The notes under the pieces were generated by a model. That model was not told where the DNA came from, searched no databases, and worked only from the letters and a program-made list of their open reading frames with translations. From Callorhinchus milii (taxonomy: Eukaryota): a DNA stretch of 64,000 bases. Within the stretch, counting starts at the first letter, position 1; each line of letters opens with the position of its first letter. Below, piece by piece: positions 49,706 through 62,444 of this stretch. The stretch covers positions 3,224,001-3,288,000 of the forward strand of contig NW_024704742.1 in the NCBI RefSeq assembly GCF_018977255.1, given 5' to 3'. The translations under genes and the position numbers were made by a program.

Positions 49706-51701
49706 CAAGTGTGGAATAATAAGAGATTTGATACACGGAGGCGTAATGGCCTGGGGAAGAGGAGAAAGTCACCTTTAGAATCAAAACCTTCCTGGATAGG
49801 CAACATATTAGGACTGTCAAACCCTAGAGAGCAGACAGTAGCTTCCAAATTAAGGAAGAATCCGTTGCTTTTCAGTCAAGGCTGCGAGAAGCTTCCCAGA
49901 CGCTTGTTGTTTAGCAAATCCCAGTTGATTTATTTTTTCGGTCAGGAGAGGAAGGGGGAGCGAGGCAATTCTCACTTCCAAAAAACGTGCTCGGTCGTAG
50001 CTCTCGCGCTCGAATTGCAGAAAAGTCACTCTGAAAAGACAAAACAGTGTCCTTTTTTTTCGCGCAGAGAGAGAGAGAGCATCTGTGCACTGTCACACCG
50101 CCAGAACAACCGAGGCAAAATATGAAGTTACCTCCAATGTCTTTACTTGTCGCCTTTTAAAGCGACGTGACATTTGCAAGCGCACATCCGCACATTATCG
50201 TGCGTTCCCCAGTTGCCAGGAGCTTGATTGATGAAAAAAAGTGTGGCGCTAATTGAAATTATAAGTGTTTTCATCTATGAAAATGTTTTCTTAACGGAAT
50301 GCCGTGGGTCTTACCTAGAGATGTTTTGATTAAATTAATGGGGTAGAGATAAGCTTCATTAGCGCTGCTGTTTCCAGAGGGGAATCTTTAGGACCTTCAG
50401 TCCCAGGCATGATTGAAGAATGGCTAATTAGTCTGAAACCGGCTGAAGGAAGGAACTTTCATTACTATGCAAATTCGCCAGGATCAGAACATCGATTAAT
50501 ATTTCATGCCTGGCCATCTTAACAAGGAATGTTTTTTGGGGATTACAGCTTGCTTGTAACCAGGCCGAAAGGCTTTTTTTTTTTATTTAGGATTTCGTCT
50601 CGAAATTGTGCGTGCCGTGTTTTTACAGTGGTTAACCTCTGTGTGGCAACAAATTTAGAAATTTGACCTGGGCTAAAGGTTGCGCAATGTTGTCAGTCTA
50701 TGTAGCATTTAATTCAAATCATACTACAAGTAGAATATTGGATTGATTTTTGCCCCTTCCTTATTATAATAATAATCCTTGCATTTGATATAGCACCACA
50801 TCACGTCAAAACATCTCAGAGCTTCTCCCTGGATTCGCTGTAAAATGTAGTGACTGTATGTTTGGAGGTGAACCTTCCTCTTAAATCTTGTTTGCTTAGA
50901 TAACAGCCTTTGCCAACATCACAGACTGTTGTATGGGGCAACGAGGGGGCGGGGAGGAAACTTGTGATGTTTCACGCAGATTTGACTCAATGTGAGAGTG
51001 CTATGTTTCTGCTTTGAATTGTCATACGTTTTCCCCTGAAGCTGCAGATGTACATCTTTGCTCTCCTGCTGAGGAGCGGTGGTCACTTAGGTTCAAAGGT
51101 TACAGGTCGACTGCCGAAAGTGTTGTTCGCGATCTCCAGACACTAACTGTATTGTAAGCTTTTCACTGGGGTTAACAGAAAGTGCAGCTTTGAGGTTGGC
51201 TCTGATCCTCGGCACACTGAGTGACTGGCCTCTTTAAAGCAGACCCTCCCAGAGAATCTCAACAGGGCGTCTACCCCTCCTCTGCCTATGGAGTAAAGGG
51301 AAATGGAAATGGCCTGAATACTGACCATTTGATTGCATGTCGGTGGAACGCATATGAGGGAGAAAGTTAAAGAGAGAAAAGAAAGTGAATAGAGAGAACG
51401 AGGTTCAAGTGAAGTATGAACACTGGCACTGACTAGTTTGCATCTCCTGAGAGAATTGTCTGTATAAATAGTTCCTGAACAGCAATGATAATGAAGCAAA
51501 CTCTCTGGATCATTCACCCATCTCCTTGATTGAACCCCGGTTCCCATCCCTCCATATACAACATCCATCTCCTACAACGCCAGCATATACAGAAGGTTTG
51601 TAAGGAACCAAGCTGATTTTTTACAAACTTTTTACAAAAGGTTTACATTTTTCTTCTCTCCCCCCCCCACCCCCACCACCAGCAAAATGTGCCAACCCAC
51701 T

Positions 51702-52019
51702 TATTATAAATAATCCTTGCATTTTGTTATAGCGCTTTTCACGTCTTCGAGACGACTCAAAGCGCTTCACAGAATATACTGTAAGGTGAATTGACCGGTC
51801 ATTTGTGGGCGAAACCCGGCAGTCAATTGTGCACAGCAGCGTCCCCACAAACTGTCGTGGATTGAAGTGACCAATTTATTATTGTTTTTTTTTTCTTGAG
51901 GGATTATTATTAGACGTGTGGAGTAAGGAAACTTGCTCAAGGTTTCACCCTGGCCGGGAACTGAACCCAGGTCTCTCGCTTGCGAGGCGAGCGCTCTAAC
52001 CACTGAGCTACAGAACTCC
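51702..52019 (-). mobile_element. Family A SINE, short subfamily, full length
   Basis: tRNA-Ala(CGC)-like head; internal deletion like the 28046 and 31466 copies. Confidence 0.95.
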
Positions 52020-52321
52020 ACAGAAAATTTACAGCATTATAATGCGTGGACTCGCAATGCATCGTGCTGTCCAGTTCAATTGTGAACGTTGAGCTCCACC
52101 ATTCGATGTGGGGCGAATTCAAAGATTTCTTCATGGTAGTCTGACAGTATCTTATTTCTGCTCCAATTTCTGTCTCCTGCTTCCTTGAAGCGACTGAGCA
52201 GAGCTTCCTGGTGCCAGCTGCATTCTTCCTATGAACCTTAACCGTGCGTGTTGACCTTGGCTTCTCATAGCTGATCACGGTTCTTTCCTTAACCTTCTCA
52301 ACACCCATCTATACGAAAAAA

Positions 52322-52472
52322 CAAGTTTGTGGGTCACTGCTGTGTGCAATTGGCTGTCGTATTCTGCCCACAAAATGCACAGTCAATTCACTTCAAAGTA
52401 TATTCTGTGAAGCACTTTGAGATGTCTCGATTGAGTGATAAGGTGCTATATCAAATGCAAGGATTATTGCAT
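52322..52472 (+). mobile_element. 5'-truncated Deu-SINE
   Basis: Deu core plus L2-type tail. Confidence 0.85.
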
Positions 52473-52665
52473 GCAAATATTATTATGCTCCACCAGGGTC
52501 ACAGGATAACCATCTGGAGTGGGAATAATTAACCTCTGTGGCCCGGGGACATTAGAGTGCCTTTCCTGCTGCCACATTTGAGATCAGAGAACACTGCTGA
52601 CTGGAAATCAATTTCACAATCTTCCACTTCTCCATAGATGAATATTGCGCTGAGTTTACCTGCCA

Positions 52666-52796
52666 AAGGCTATACAGGGCTACGGGGAGAGAGTGGGGGA
52701 GTGGGATTGAATTGGATAGCTCTTTTCGAAGTGCCGGCACAGACACGATGGTTCGAATGGTCTCCTTCTGTGCTGTATAATTCTATGATTCTATGA
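52666..52796 (+). mobile_element. CR1 3' terminus
   Basis: CAGGGCTACGGGGAGAGAG...CCTTCTGTGCTGTATAATTCTATGATTCTATG. Confidence 0.9.
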
Positions 52797-52819
52797 AAGG
52801 CTCTAAATACATCCAGCGT

Positions 52820-52931
52820 TTAGAAATTTACAGCATCGAAGAAGGCCACTTGGCCCATCATGTCCGTGCTGGCTCTTTCAACAGCAAAATTTTCAGTCCC
52901 ATTTACCTGCCATTTCCTCGTACTCCTGTAC
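52820..52931 (-). mobile_element. CR1 3' terminus, inverted relative to the preceding copy
   Basis: TAGAAATTTACAGCATCGAAGAAGGCCACTTGGCCCATCATGTCCGTGCTGGCTC. Confidence 0.85.
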
Positions 52932-55900
52932 AACATCTGAGAGATTCTGTTTATGTCAGAAGACTTGCTGAAGTGGCCCTGGAGAAATCAAGCCAGCCAC
53001 AGACCATCCTTCACATCCTAATAGAGATTTTGCTCTCAATTCTCCCTTCACTCGTTTGCAAAGCAGCCAGAGGCCCTCCTTCCTTGGGCCCAGCACCATA
53101 GTTCAATGCCTTCATTGCCAGATGTTTCTTCCACTGTGAGAGAATATTGCAATGCTTCTCACACCGCCGACTCTAGCTGTCAAAGCTAATGAAACTCCAT
53201 GTGCTGGAAAAGGAGCTGCTTGTAAGAACAGTTGTGTGGCATTAGTTTGTGTCTGTGTACTACAGAAAGCCTCGTGCTTGTATGCCAAGATCTCCACAAG
53301 CAAGCTGTATTTCCTGAGTGCGTTCTTGTTCAGCAAGTGTCCAGGTGAATTGCAAGGTTCCCCTTCATCACAAGCGCATGGGATCTGAGGGGTGGAGTGC
53401 CACAACTGTCAAGGGATTGTTCAGCTCACCATCTGCCAGCAACGAAAGACAAAGCCCTTACTGACAGAAGTATAGCACTTTGAGCCACCTGTACACAAAA
53501 CACTGGGCTTCAGTGGCACGTGGCCAGCAATTGCTTATTTGACAAACGTGGAGCGTTCTGCTCTCTGGTGCTCTCTCTCCTCAGAGTCGATTTGTTCCCT
53601 GCCAACTGATGCTATGGTGCTCACCTTGCTGAGGTCCGTAAGATATTTGCACCGGGTGAGGTTGATAACTGGCCAGCGTGGAATCGGATGACCTTGCCCG
53701 CGAAAGTTGGCGTGTTTGCCGATGGCATTGGGAAGCTGCGTTACGTTTCCCCGCCGACGGTCGTGGATTGACTGACCAAACTCACTCGGGGCTTGTTACC
53801 TTCCCCTGAGTGCCACCAGATGGAGCCCTGTCTCGAGGCAGTCCATCCCAGCCGAGTTGGGTTGGTGGGGTCGGAGAAGAAGATATCGGTCGCTTCATAT
53901 TTAGGTGTGTCTCCTCCGCACACCTTCTTTTCAGACACAGGGAGATTTCCACGTTTAGATGGATGCATGGAACTCCCTGTCTGGTTTGGTGATGTGGTGA
54001 TTCAACTTGGTGACGAATTTCCGTGGTTGACCAAAGAAAAAGTTGCTGAACACGGAGTTCGGAGCAATCTGGATTAGTCTGCGCGACGTTGGCATGGACG
54101 GGACTTGTGCACGCTCCCTCAAGCCGTCTCCAGCATCGTTGTCAGTTGCTGCTGCAACGTGCCGTTAGTGTGAGGGGAATTGTCTCTCAGTTGTTATTGC
54201 CAGCGGATCAATCGTGTAAAATGTTCGTCAGATTTGGACGGCGGATATTTGATACTTACTTGAAGGCCTCCTAACATTGCGAAAAGCTTCCAGAGAGATA
54301 ACTGACGAGCTGATGTAAAATCTCCGGGGTGGAAACTGCAATGCTATTTAACGATTCAATATTGTCACTGAATCCAATATGTCATTGGATCTGTTTAGAA
54401 ACATCACAGTTGCCGATTGATTACCAGGGACTGGCCGTGGGGATGGCATTCCTGCTCCCCTCCCCTTCGTCACCGTGATTAATAATAATAATAATATTAA
54501 TCATAATCATAATAATAAGATTGAACCCCAAACTGATCCCCCTGTTCAGTACCAGCTTCCTGGAACACCAGTGTCCAACCAGAATGTGCAGTGTTAGTAG
54601 AATTTATAATTCGTCAATTATAATCTGTTCAAGAATCTGTTGCGTTTTTCATTCCCTGTGAAACCAACCCGAGATTGACCGGAAGTTCTTTCCAATGGAA
54701 CAGGGGAGCCTAGACCCTCCCAGGGTAGAACATGGAAGGGGTAATTCTAAATTCATGCCGTTGCAAAGCATATAGGTTCTTCATATTGTTTGTTTTTGCC
54801 AGCAGCTATGTATCTCACTTTAAATGAAAAATGTATTAAGCCCATAACTAAAACGGCGCTACACTTACTACAGCTGCGAAGCTTGCGATCCGTGAGTTCG
54901 ATTTGCATTAATAATTTGCTCGCTCACCGTGCTTCACAAGTACAATCCGCGCAGCGCTTCAGGGACAGAGGAGAGGAATTACTGTGCAAATATGTATTCA
55001 GAACTCAATTGTTTCGAGACACCACTTTTGTAGGTGTAAACCCCGAACCAATGCAGAACCCTATTCTTCTGAGCACTTCATTTCCCATGAGATCGCTTGT
55101 TTCTCTGTATTAAGCCCATCAGCTTGTCTGCTACTTGGCTTTGAGATGAAGGAACTTGGGAACAAGAAGAGGCCACTCAGCTCATCGAAGTAACTTGATT
55201 CTCCAGACAGTTCACAATGAGGAACATTTTGAGATGAAGGAGCAGATCGCAGGAATATAATACTCACCCATGTTAGAACGCACACGTGTTAGGAGCTACA
55301 TTGAATATGTTTGTTCTATTTCCTCGTCAGAAAATAGAGGGAACTTTTATTTTGCAAATTGTTGTTGTTTTAGTGCATAACACTGTTTGGTATTGCAACC
55401 CAGCAAAATGGCAGCAGCATTATGGCTTATCATTATCTCTGTTTCCTATGAAAAGCAATTGCTTCATAGTAATACAATTAAAGTACGTGTAACTTGGGAT
55501 TGCAGTACATTATGGGAAGCATTGAAAAAAAAAGATGTGGCTTGAGTTAAAAAGCCAACCTATGTGGAGACACCAAAAGCAACACGGTGGTGTTACAATG
55601 CAAAGTTTTCTGGTTTTATCAATTTCTGTGCGAGACACACAGAACATCCATCATCTCTGTCCACTGGCCCATGCAACCCCACAGGGGGCAAACTGCTCAT
55701 ATCTTCCTACTATTTCCTAATAATCTCTTGTTTGGGCTGGCCCTCGCGAGGCTGACACAAAGCCCAGTGACTTGCAGGGACAATTAAATTTGGTGCTCTG
55801 CTTCAGTTTGTGAGCATCGTTATTGAGGCATTTGTCCCGACCTTGACAAATCAGATTAAGTTTGTGCCTTTGGACTATTTTTAGGTCCTCAGGGAGGCAG

Positions 55901-57219
55901 ATGCTGAGCAGTGAGCGGATTTCGTCCACTAGACCCCGAGGCTTGGAGGGGTTTGGCTTTGAGAGACACTTGACGTGCTCCTATAGGCGCAAGGCTAAAA
56001 AAAGGAAGCTTATTTTAGCACCTCTCATTCCACTGCTCTGAAGAACCAGCTTGATGTTCACCTTGTAGCTGATATCCTTTGACACATCCAATAACTGTCC
56101 CGTCATCCTTACCCTCAGGCGAGCGTGTTACCAGAATATCTGGGATGTGCTTTGATTTCTGAGAATAGAATAAAAAAAAAACAGCTTCACTGAGAGGCAG
56201 AGTTGCCACAGTCATTAGACATCAGTTTTGTCATGTTCCGTCATGTAGATTTCTAAGCTATTAAATAAAATTGAAAACCCTGCCGAAGGTTTGACTTTGT
56301 GTTCTGTGCTTTGTAACTGTTGGAAGCTCATGTCAGATATTGCATGGTCTGCTGCTCTGGAATTACCTAACGGGTAATTATATTTAAGAATTAAATAGGT
56401 AGATGCGGTTGATGCATTGGCCAAATTCTTTCAATGAAGTGCAAGCGTTATCAAGGGCACAGCCATCTTTTCGTTTCTTGGTTCATTTCCACTGTTAATA
56501 CATGGTTTCTAATGAAACGGCAGGATTTACTCTGGTTCGAAGGCAATATTATGCGTTTTAAGGAAAAAAATGCTGGGTTTGTGAAATAAAAATTGAAGAT
56601 TTCAGCATTACAGCCTGTCATGCAGAAGGGGGTTATGGAACTGAATAGAACACAATTTCATTTAGTATTGAACTGGTGGCTGGACTTGATTTCATCTTTA
56701 GTCAAGTAGCTTTAGCGAAAGCAATAAGAAAAGGTAGAAAGCATACCTAAAGCTGATGGAAGCCAGTGGGCTCTCTAACCCTTGGAGGGCGGAATTTTCT
56801 CCGCAGCTTTCAAAGCAATATATGCAATAAGTGATAAAAATGATTTTCCATAAAATCTTAATATTTCCTAGGAGATCGCCCTACGTTCAGGAACCTTTAT
56901 TTGTTTTTTAAAAAAATCAAACAAATATCAATCGCTAAGGTTCCCTGCAAAGCCTTAAAACCCTTAATGCGTGAGCTTTAATATTTCCGTTTCAGCAATT
57001 GGAACAGAACAAAACAAAGAAAGGTATAATACATATAAAAATATAGATCGTGTACGATACGGGATATAAAAAAAATGTAATCCCGCGCAGAATACATTAT
57101 AACGTGGAATGCCTTATAGCATGGGGGGAACTCGCAGTCATTGAGCTGCCCTGTTTACACACCGAATGGGACCTGTTTTTCTTCCAAAAGGCTTAAGGAA
57201 AACATATGTCGGTTACAAA

Positions 57220-57360
57220 GAAACTGCCTTTCGACCCCAGTCCTGCATCTGGAATTGAATCCAACTCCCAACTGATGGGATTGAAATCTCTCCGCTCTGA
57301 CAGCTAGATAAATGCGGGCAACTTTAACCCGGGTCTACGTGAAAGCGAGTCCTCAGCGCG
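57220..57360 (+). mobile_element. LF-SINE-like 5' fragment
   Basis: CTGCCTTTCGACCCC...TTGAATCCAACTCCCAACTGATGGGATTGAAATCTC...GGTCTACGTGAAAGCGAGT, compared with LF-SINE GGCCTATGTGAAATGAGT. Confidence 0.45.
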
Positions 57361-57824
57361 AATTCACTGGTAATCGACACAGTTTTATCGGCCTCACGTG
57401 GCTGGTATAAGCATCAGAAATGTAACACTGCGGTAGTCAAGGAGGGGTGCATGTTAAGGTACATACTGGGTCTAATATGTGCAGGTTTCTGAATGAATTG
57501 ACTTCATGTCGACCAGTGAGAACTTTACTTTGAGGCAACAACAACAACAACAATAATAACTAATAATGTTCCCGCTTTTCGCATTGAGCGGTATCGTTCC
57601 GCGTAGGTTTTGCCACATATCTCCACTGAATGGACGAAATTCCCAGTGGGAACGCTTGATAAGGGATAGTTTTTTTAAAATCGTCCGCGTGTTAGATCCC
57701 CTTGTTGGGAACTTTACCCTGTGTGATGCCGCTGAGTTTGAGGCTGATACCCTGGATGCAAACAGTGGGCAAATGTTCCTTCCCAAAGCGCAGATGTATT
57801 TTTCCTTCCTGAGGAGAAATTGTG

Positions 57825-58138
57825 TGTTAGGGCGAGAGGTTAAACCGAGGTCCGTGTGCCTGTTCAGGTGGACAATAAGGGTCCGATGGCACTATTTGAA
57901 AAGAGAAGGGAGTTTCTCTCTCCCAGTGGCCTGGCCAACAATCCCCAGATAAAAGTGGGCATTCACATCATGGTTGTTCGTGTGAACATTGCGGTGCGCA
58001 ACTCGACAGGTGTGTTTCCCCCACAAAAACACAAGTCACTCCGTTTTATCGTCCGTCCTGTGAAGCGCTTTGGGACGTCCTATTCACGTGAAAGGCGCTG
58101 TTACAGCAAATGCAAGGATCATTATAATTATTATTATT
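57825..58138 (+). mobile_element. Family B SINE, 5'-truncated
   Basis: GTTAAACCGAGGTCCGTGTGCCTGTTCAGGTGGAC through to the tail. Confidence 0.85.
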
Positions 58139-60309
58139 GCGGCGTACAGCCCTTTAAAGCTCCAAACTGCAAATTTATTTGTCGCTGCTGCTCACCGATC
58201 CTCTGTGGCCTTAATTCCTAACTCCGTGGAGAGCGACTCTTCTGAATGAAATAGCCTTCAGCTAAGTCAAGCTTCTTTAAGAGAAAGAGCTGTGTGGATA
58301 ATGTCTATGGTAGCGGGTCACAGATGATGAGCCAGGGCTGCATTTGCTCTTGCTGAGGCTGTTGATGGCACCTCATTGTCATTCATTGCCGGATTTCACT
58401 GGGGACACTTTAAAACGAAGCAGCAATTCTACAGTTTAACCTTTTCCTCTGACTTCACCTATCTTCAAGGTAGGTGTGTCGCAATGCTAGGATATTGTGT
58501 CACAATAATGTCTGTTGCGATTGCACAACAAACATAATCCTTGCATTTGATATCGGGGCTTCATCGCATCGTCGAGATGTCCCAAAAAGCTTTACAGGAT
58601 TTACTGTAAATTTTAATGACCATGGCTCAAGTGCTGATGTGAAATTATTTTGTGGCTGATTGTGCAACAGTAGCAGTGGGTCAAGTAGACGTCCCAGAGT
58701 TGTGAAGCACGGAGAAGTTTTGCTGAAGTTTTATCTTCTTGTGATCAGTCCACTCCCTCAAGAGGTTAAATACAGGGATTCAGGTGAAGTCCACCAAAGT
58801 GGACCTTGTACTGAGTGCGTGGGAGGCTTGACGGGTCTTGTGGTAATTTCTCATTGTGCGCTGTCTTATAATCTTTCGTGCATTCTTGAGGCTGACTTTA
58901 AATCATACGAACAACCAGAAAACAGAGCCATAGCTCTTTGAACGGGGATGGGGGAGGGAGGAGGGTGGTTTGGTGTCATACCTGACCTGCCACGTGGAAA
59001 TTTTTTAAACTTATTATTATTATTATTATTATTATTGGTCAATGCGTTAAAAAGCCATAGTTGCACCTCATTGCGTTTGGACCTCACGTTGCAAGGTAGG
59101 AGAAGTCGTGTATGGTGCAGCGAATATCCGTGCACACAGACATCGGCAGCTCTCTCCCCAAACAACCCTGCGTTCTGCCGAGTGAAAAAGCCGCAGAACA
59201 AATATTTAATGGGGACCGTGTAATGAGAAGCCCCGAAGAGCTCATTAAGTTCTTCCGCTCTCCGTCTCAATTACTGGAGTTTGAGAAAAAAGTAAAGAGT
59301 TCGCAGAGTGGGGTTCTTCATGTCAAGTGAAATGCTTTAAATGATGAGTCTCGCTCTTAGCTCTCTGAGCTGCAGTTTGCCAGCAGTTCTTGAAAGGGCC
59401 AGGCAGGAAGCCGCATATCGTAGCAAAGCTCACCGTAGATTGCCGCTCCAGGGCGTAATAAAAATGCTGATTGCGTGAAAGCAAGAAAGAGGGCGGACAG
59501 AAAAATAAAATAACAAGGCAAGGGAGAAAACGGCAAATTGAAAAAAAAAAGAAGAAGGAAAATGAGCAAAAGAATAGGATTATTATCGACATTTGAAAAG
59601 CCACAAGAGATGAGACAGTGAATTACCCTCTCTCAGTTTAATATGGCAACAGCCCTGCTTTTTAGGAGATTATTATTCAAATAGACGTTCTCGCCTTTTT
59701 ACTGTTTCTTTTCCTTTACGATTTGGTTTTGAAGCACGCAATAGGATAATGACAGCTATTATTTCCTTCTCTCTACTTCAAACAAGTTGTGGTCCAGTTG
59801 TCTTAAATGGGGATTTTTTTGTTTGGCCTAAGGCTGCACAAACACCATATTGTGTTGACACACTACGAGATTTAATAGGGCAGATAAAAAGTAATTTGTG
59901 TGCTGCTGGTAATTATCGTATTGTTTAAACCGCCTTCAACTCGGCTCTTTGGTATGAAGTGAGTGCGCCTGGGGAATTGGATATTGTCATTGAAATGGAA
60001 ACGTATAATCTGGGAAGAGAGCTTTACCAGGGGATATGCTGGGCAGCGGGCTGTATCTGCTGGTAGTGTGCTCGCCGCGTCGACTGACTTTTGTGGGAAA
60101 GCAAACCCGGAGGCTTATTAACCTAGCGAGTGCTGTGTTGTCGACAGTGATCCCTTAAGTATTTTGCACGCATATTATCGGGTCATTGTAAGGGCGGCAC
60201 CATACATATTTTTGCCTTGGTCTTTGTTTTGGTCAGCCGGGGGTGTCTGGCACAGGTGGAAATCCATCACCGTGCTTAAGGGTATCCAAACCCAAGCTGA
60301 GATTTCCAC

Positions 60310-60412
60310 GCATTGGAGTTGAGGTACGAATCAGCCGTGATCTCGTAGAATGGCAGAACAAGCTTGAGGGGCTGAATGGCCTACTCCTGTTTCTATGTTC
60401 TATGTTTCTATC
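60310..60412 (+). mobile_element. CR1 3' terminus
   Basis: ATCAGCCGTGATCTC...GAGGGGCTGAATGGCCTACTCCTGTTTCTATGTTCTATG. Confidence 0.85.
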
Positions 60413-60884
60413 CAACCTACACGTGGAAATCCCAGCGATCGATTGTTGGCATTTATCTCTGGGTTCTGTCTGCTCAGTTATGGGAAGATGCAGGAAATTG
60501 CTTATATCTATAGTGGGAGACAACTACATAGAGTTGCCTGTTTGTAAAATAGGTAGCATTGCGGGAGAGCATTCCTTAGCAGGTGGTTGACACTAATGTA
60601 AAGTTATTGACGAATGTTTGTGTCCAATACTGACAATAATCCTTGCATTTGGTATTAAATCCCAATGAAACCTTTGTATCTGGTATCAAATCCCAATTAA
60701 ATGCTTGCATTTGATGTTAAATGTCTTTGACATTAGGAGGATGCTTACTTAATTCCAGAGCATATTAAACATATGGGACTAGGATAGGGACTGATGAGGA
60801 GTATAAATGCCAGGTGGACTGGGTGGGCCTCGTGGAAGAGTTACGTGAAGTCTGAAATTGTTCATAAATGTTGTGGACGGCAGT

Positions 60885-61112
60885 TAGAATCATTATATCA
60901 TAGGATATTACAGCACAGAAGGAGGCCACTTTACCCATCGTGCCTGTGCCAACTCTTTGGAAGAGCGACCCAATCAGTCCGAACTGCCCCACTCCTTCCT
61001 CATATCCTTGCAATTTTTTTTTTCCTTTTCAAATACCTATGAAATTTGTCAACAAATCTGTTTTCCACCACCCTTTCAGGCAGTGCATTCCAGACCGTAA
61101 CAACTCTTGTGG
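60885..61112 (-). mobile_element. CR1 3' fragment
   Basis: Reverse complement encodes RVVTVWNALPERVVE, followed by the CR1 3' UTR. Confidence 0.9.
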
Positions 61113-62444
61113 AATGGAGCACATCTGCACCAGCAAACCTTAGGGTATCTTGTAGCTTAATCCAAGCGACGACACCAACACAGTTTTTCACCTCTGACAT
61201 TTGCGCTGCCTTTTGATTTCGCTCAGCGCACGTGTGTTTTGCATCTACAAGCGGCCCCCAGAGGTGAGTACTGTGTGTAATTAACCCTCGTGGCCGATTT
61301 CGAAGACAGGATTACGACTGGACAAACAATGGGAAATAAGTCTCTTCAGCAAATTGATTTGGATAAAAGACATCCAGAGAGAAAGGCTACATCACCGCGA
61401 AGGAAAGACTGTACCAGGGCCGTTAAAGAACAAAAACCCATCCGTTAGGTGAAAGGTCAAGGGAGGCGGATAGCATTGGAGAGGTGCTCATCCAGCTTGC
61501 TGAGCAGTGGCTTTCAAACTGCTTTTACATTCATTCAGGCTGACTTGCTTTGATGAGCGAATGAATGATTGAAGATTTTTTCTCTCTCTCTCTCTCTCTC
61601 CACGGTCAATTCTTTGATCGGCAGCTTTTGTCATTTTTTTTTTTATTTTTTGCGATGAGAATTATTCTTTGGAACAGTTGAATTCATGTTTACACCCTCT
61701 CCTTTCTCCCCTCTCCCCAAAATCCCTTCCTCCCTGCACCGTCCACAAGGATATCGAAACACGAGGGAAACAAATTGAATCGTGTCGATTTAATGGGATG
61801 GGGTATCAAGGGGTTTAGTGGTGTGACAGTCCTCACTCACCACATTGGCCTAATACCTGCTCGCTACCCAATATGAATAACGATCCAATGGTCCAATGAT
61901 CTTGAAGAGAATAGCGTATTTGTCTGGTTGCTTTGGCTGTTCTGGATATTTTCTTTCCAATGATTGCAGCCATTTTCACAAAAGTTTCTTTCAGTGAAGA
62001 GTGTCAAAGGAAACCTCAAAGAAACTATAACTTTGCCCTCCGTTCCAAGGGGGCAAGTCAAATTCCGACCGGTGAAAGGGAACAAAGTCGTCAGTGCTCA
62101 AATTCTGCGACATCCCAAATGTTCAATCACATCAGTTTGAGAAGCGCTCAGTAAGAACTGCAGAAGAAATGTACAATTGTTGGGGGGTGGGGGGGGGGTG
62201 GGTTTCTGCCACAGTGCGATCCTTGTACAGTGGTACATTGTACTATTTTGTCTCGATTGTTCCAAACGAGTTCTCCTTGCACTTTTCCGCGATCATTCGG
62301 ATCAGGAGTCCTGGGAACAGTGAGGCAGAGACAGATGTAGAGTTGATTAAGAACCTCAGTGATAGTTGGACAAATCTCACCCGGTCATATGGACCCAGCA
62401 TTGTTTATGAGAAGCAATTTGACCCATTTCCAAAGACAACACTT

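Noticed and set aside
49496-50125. Longest ORF in the track (209 aa)
   Set aside because: It starts in an off-frame L2 fragment, crosses the L2 tail and an AG microsatellite, and has no recognisable domain.
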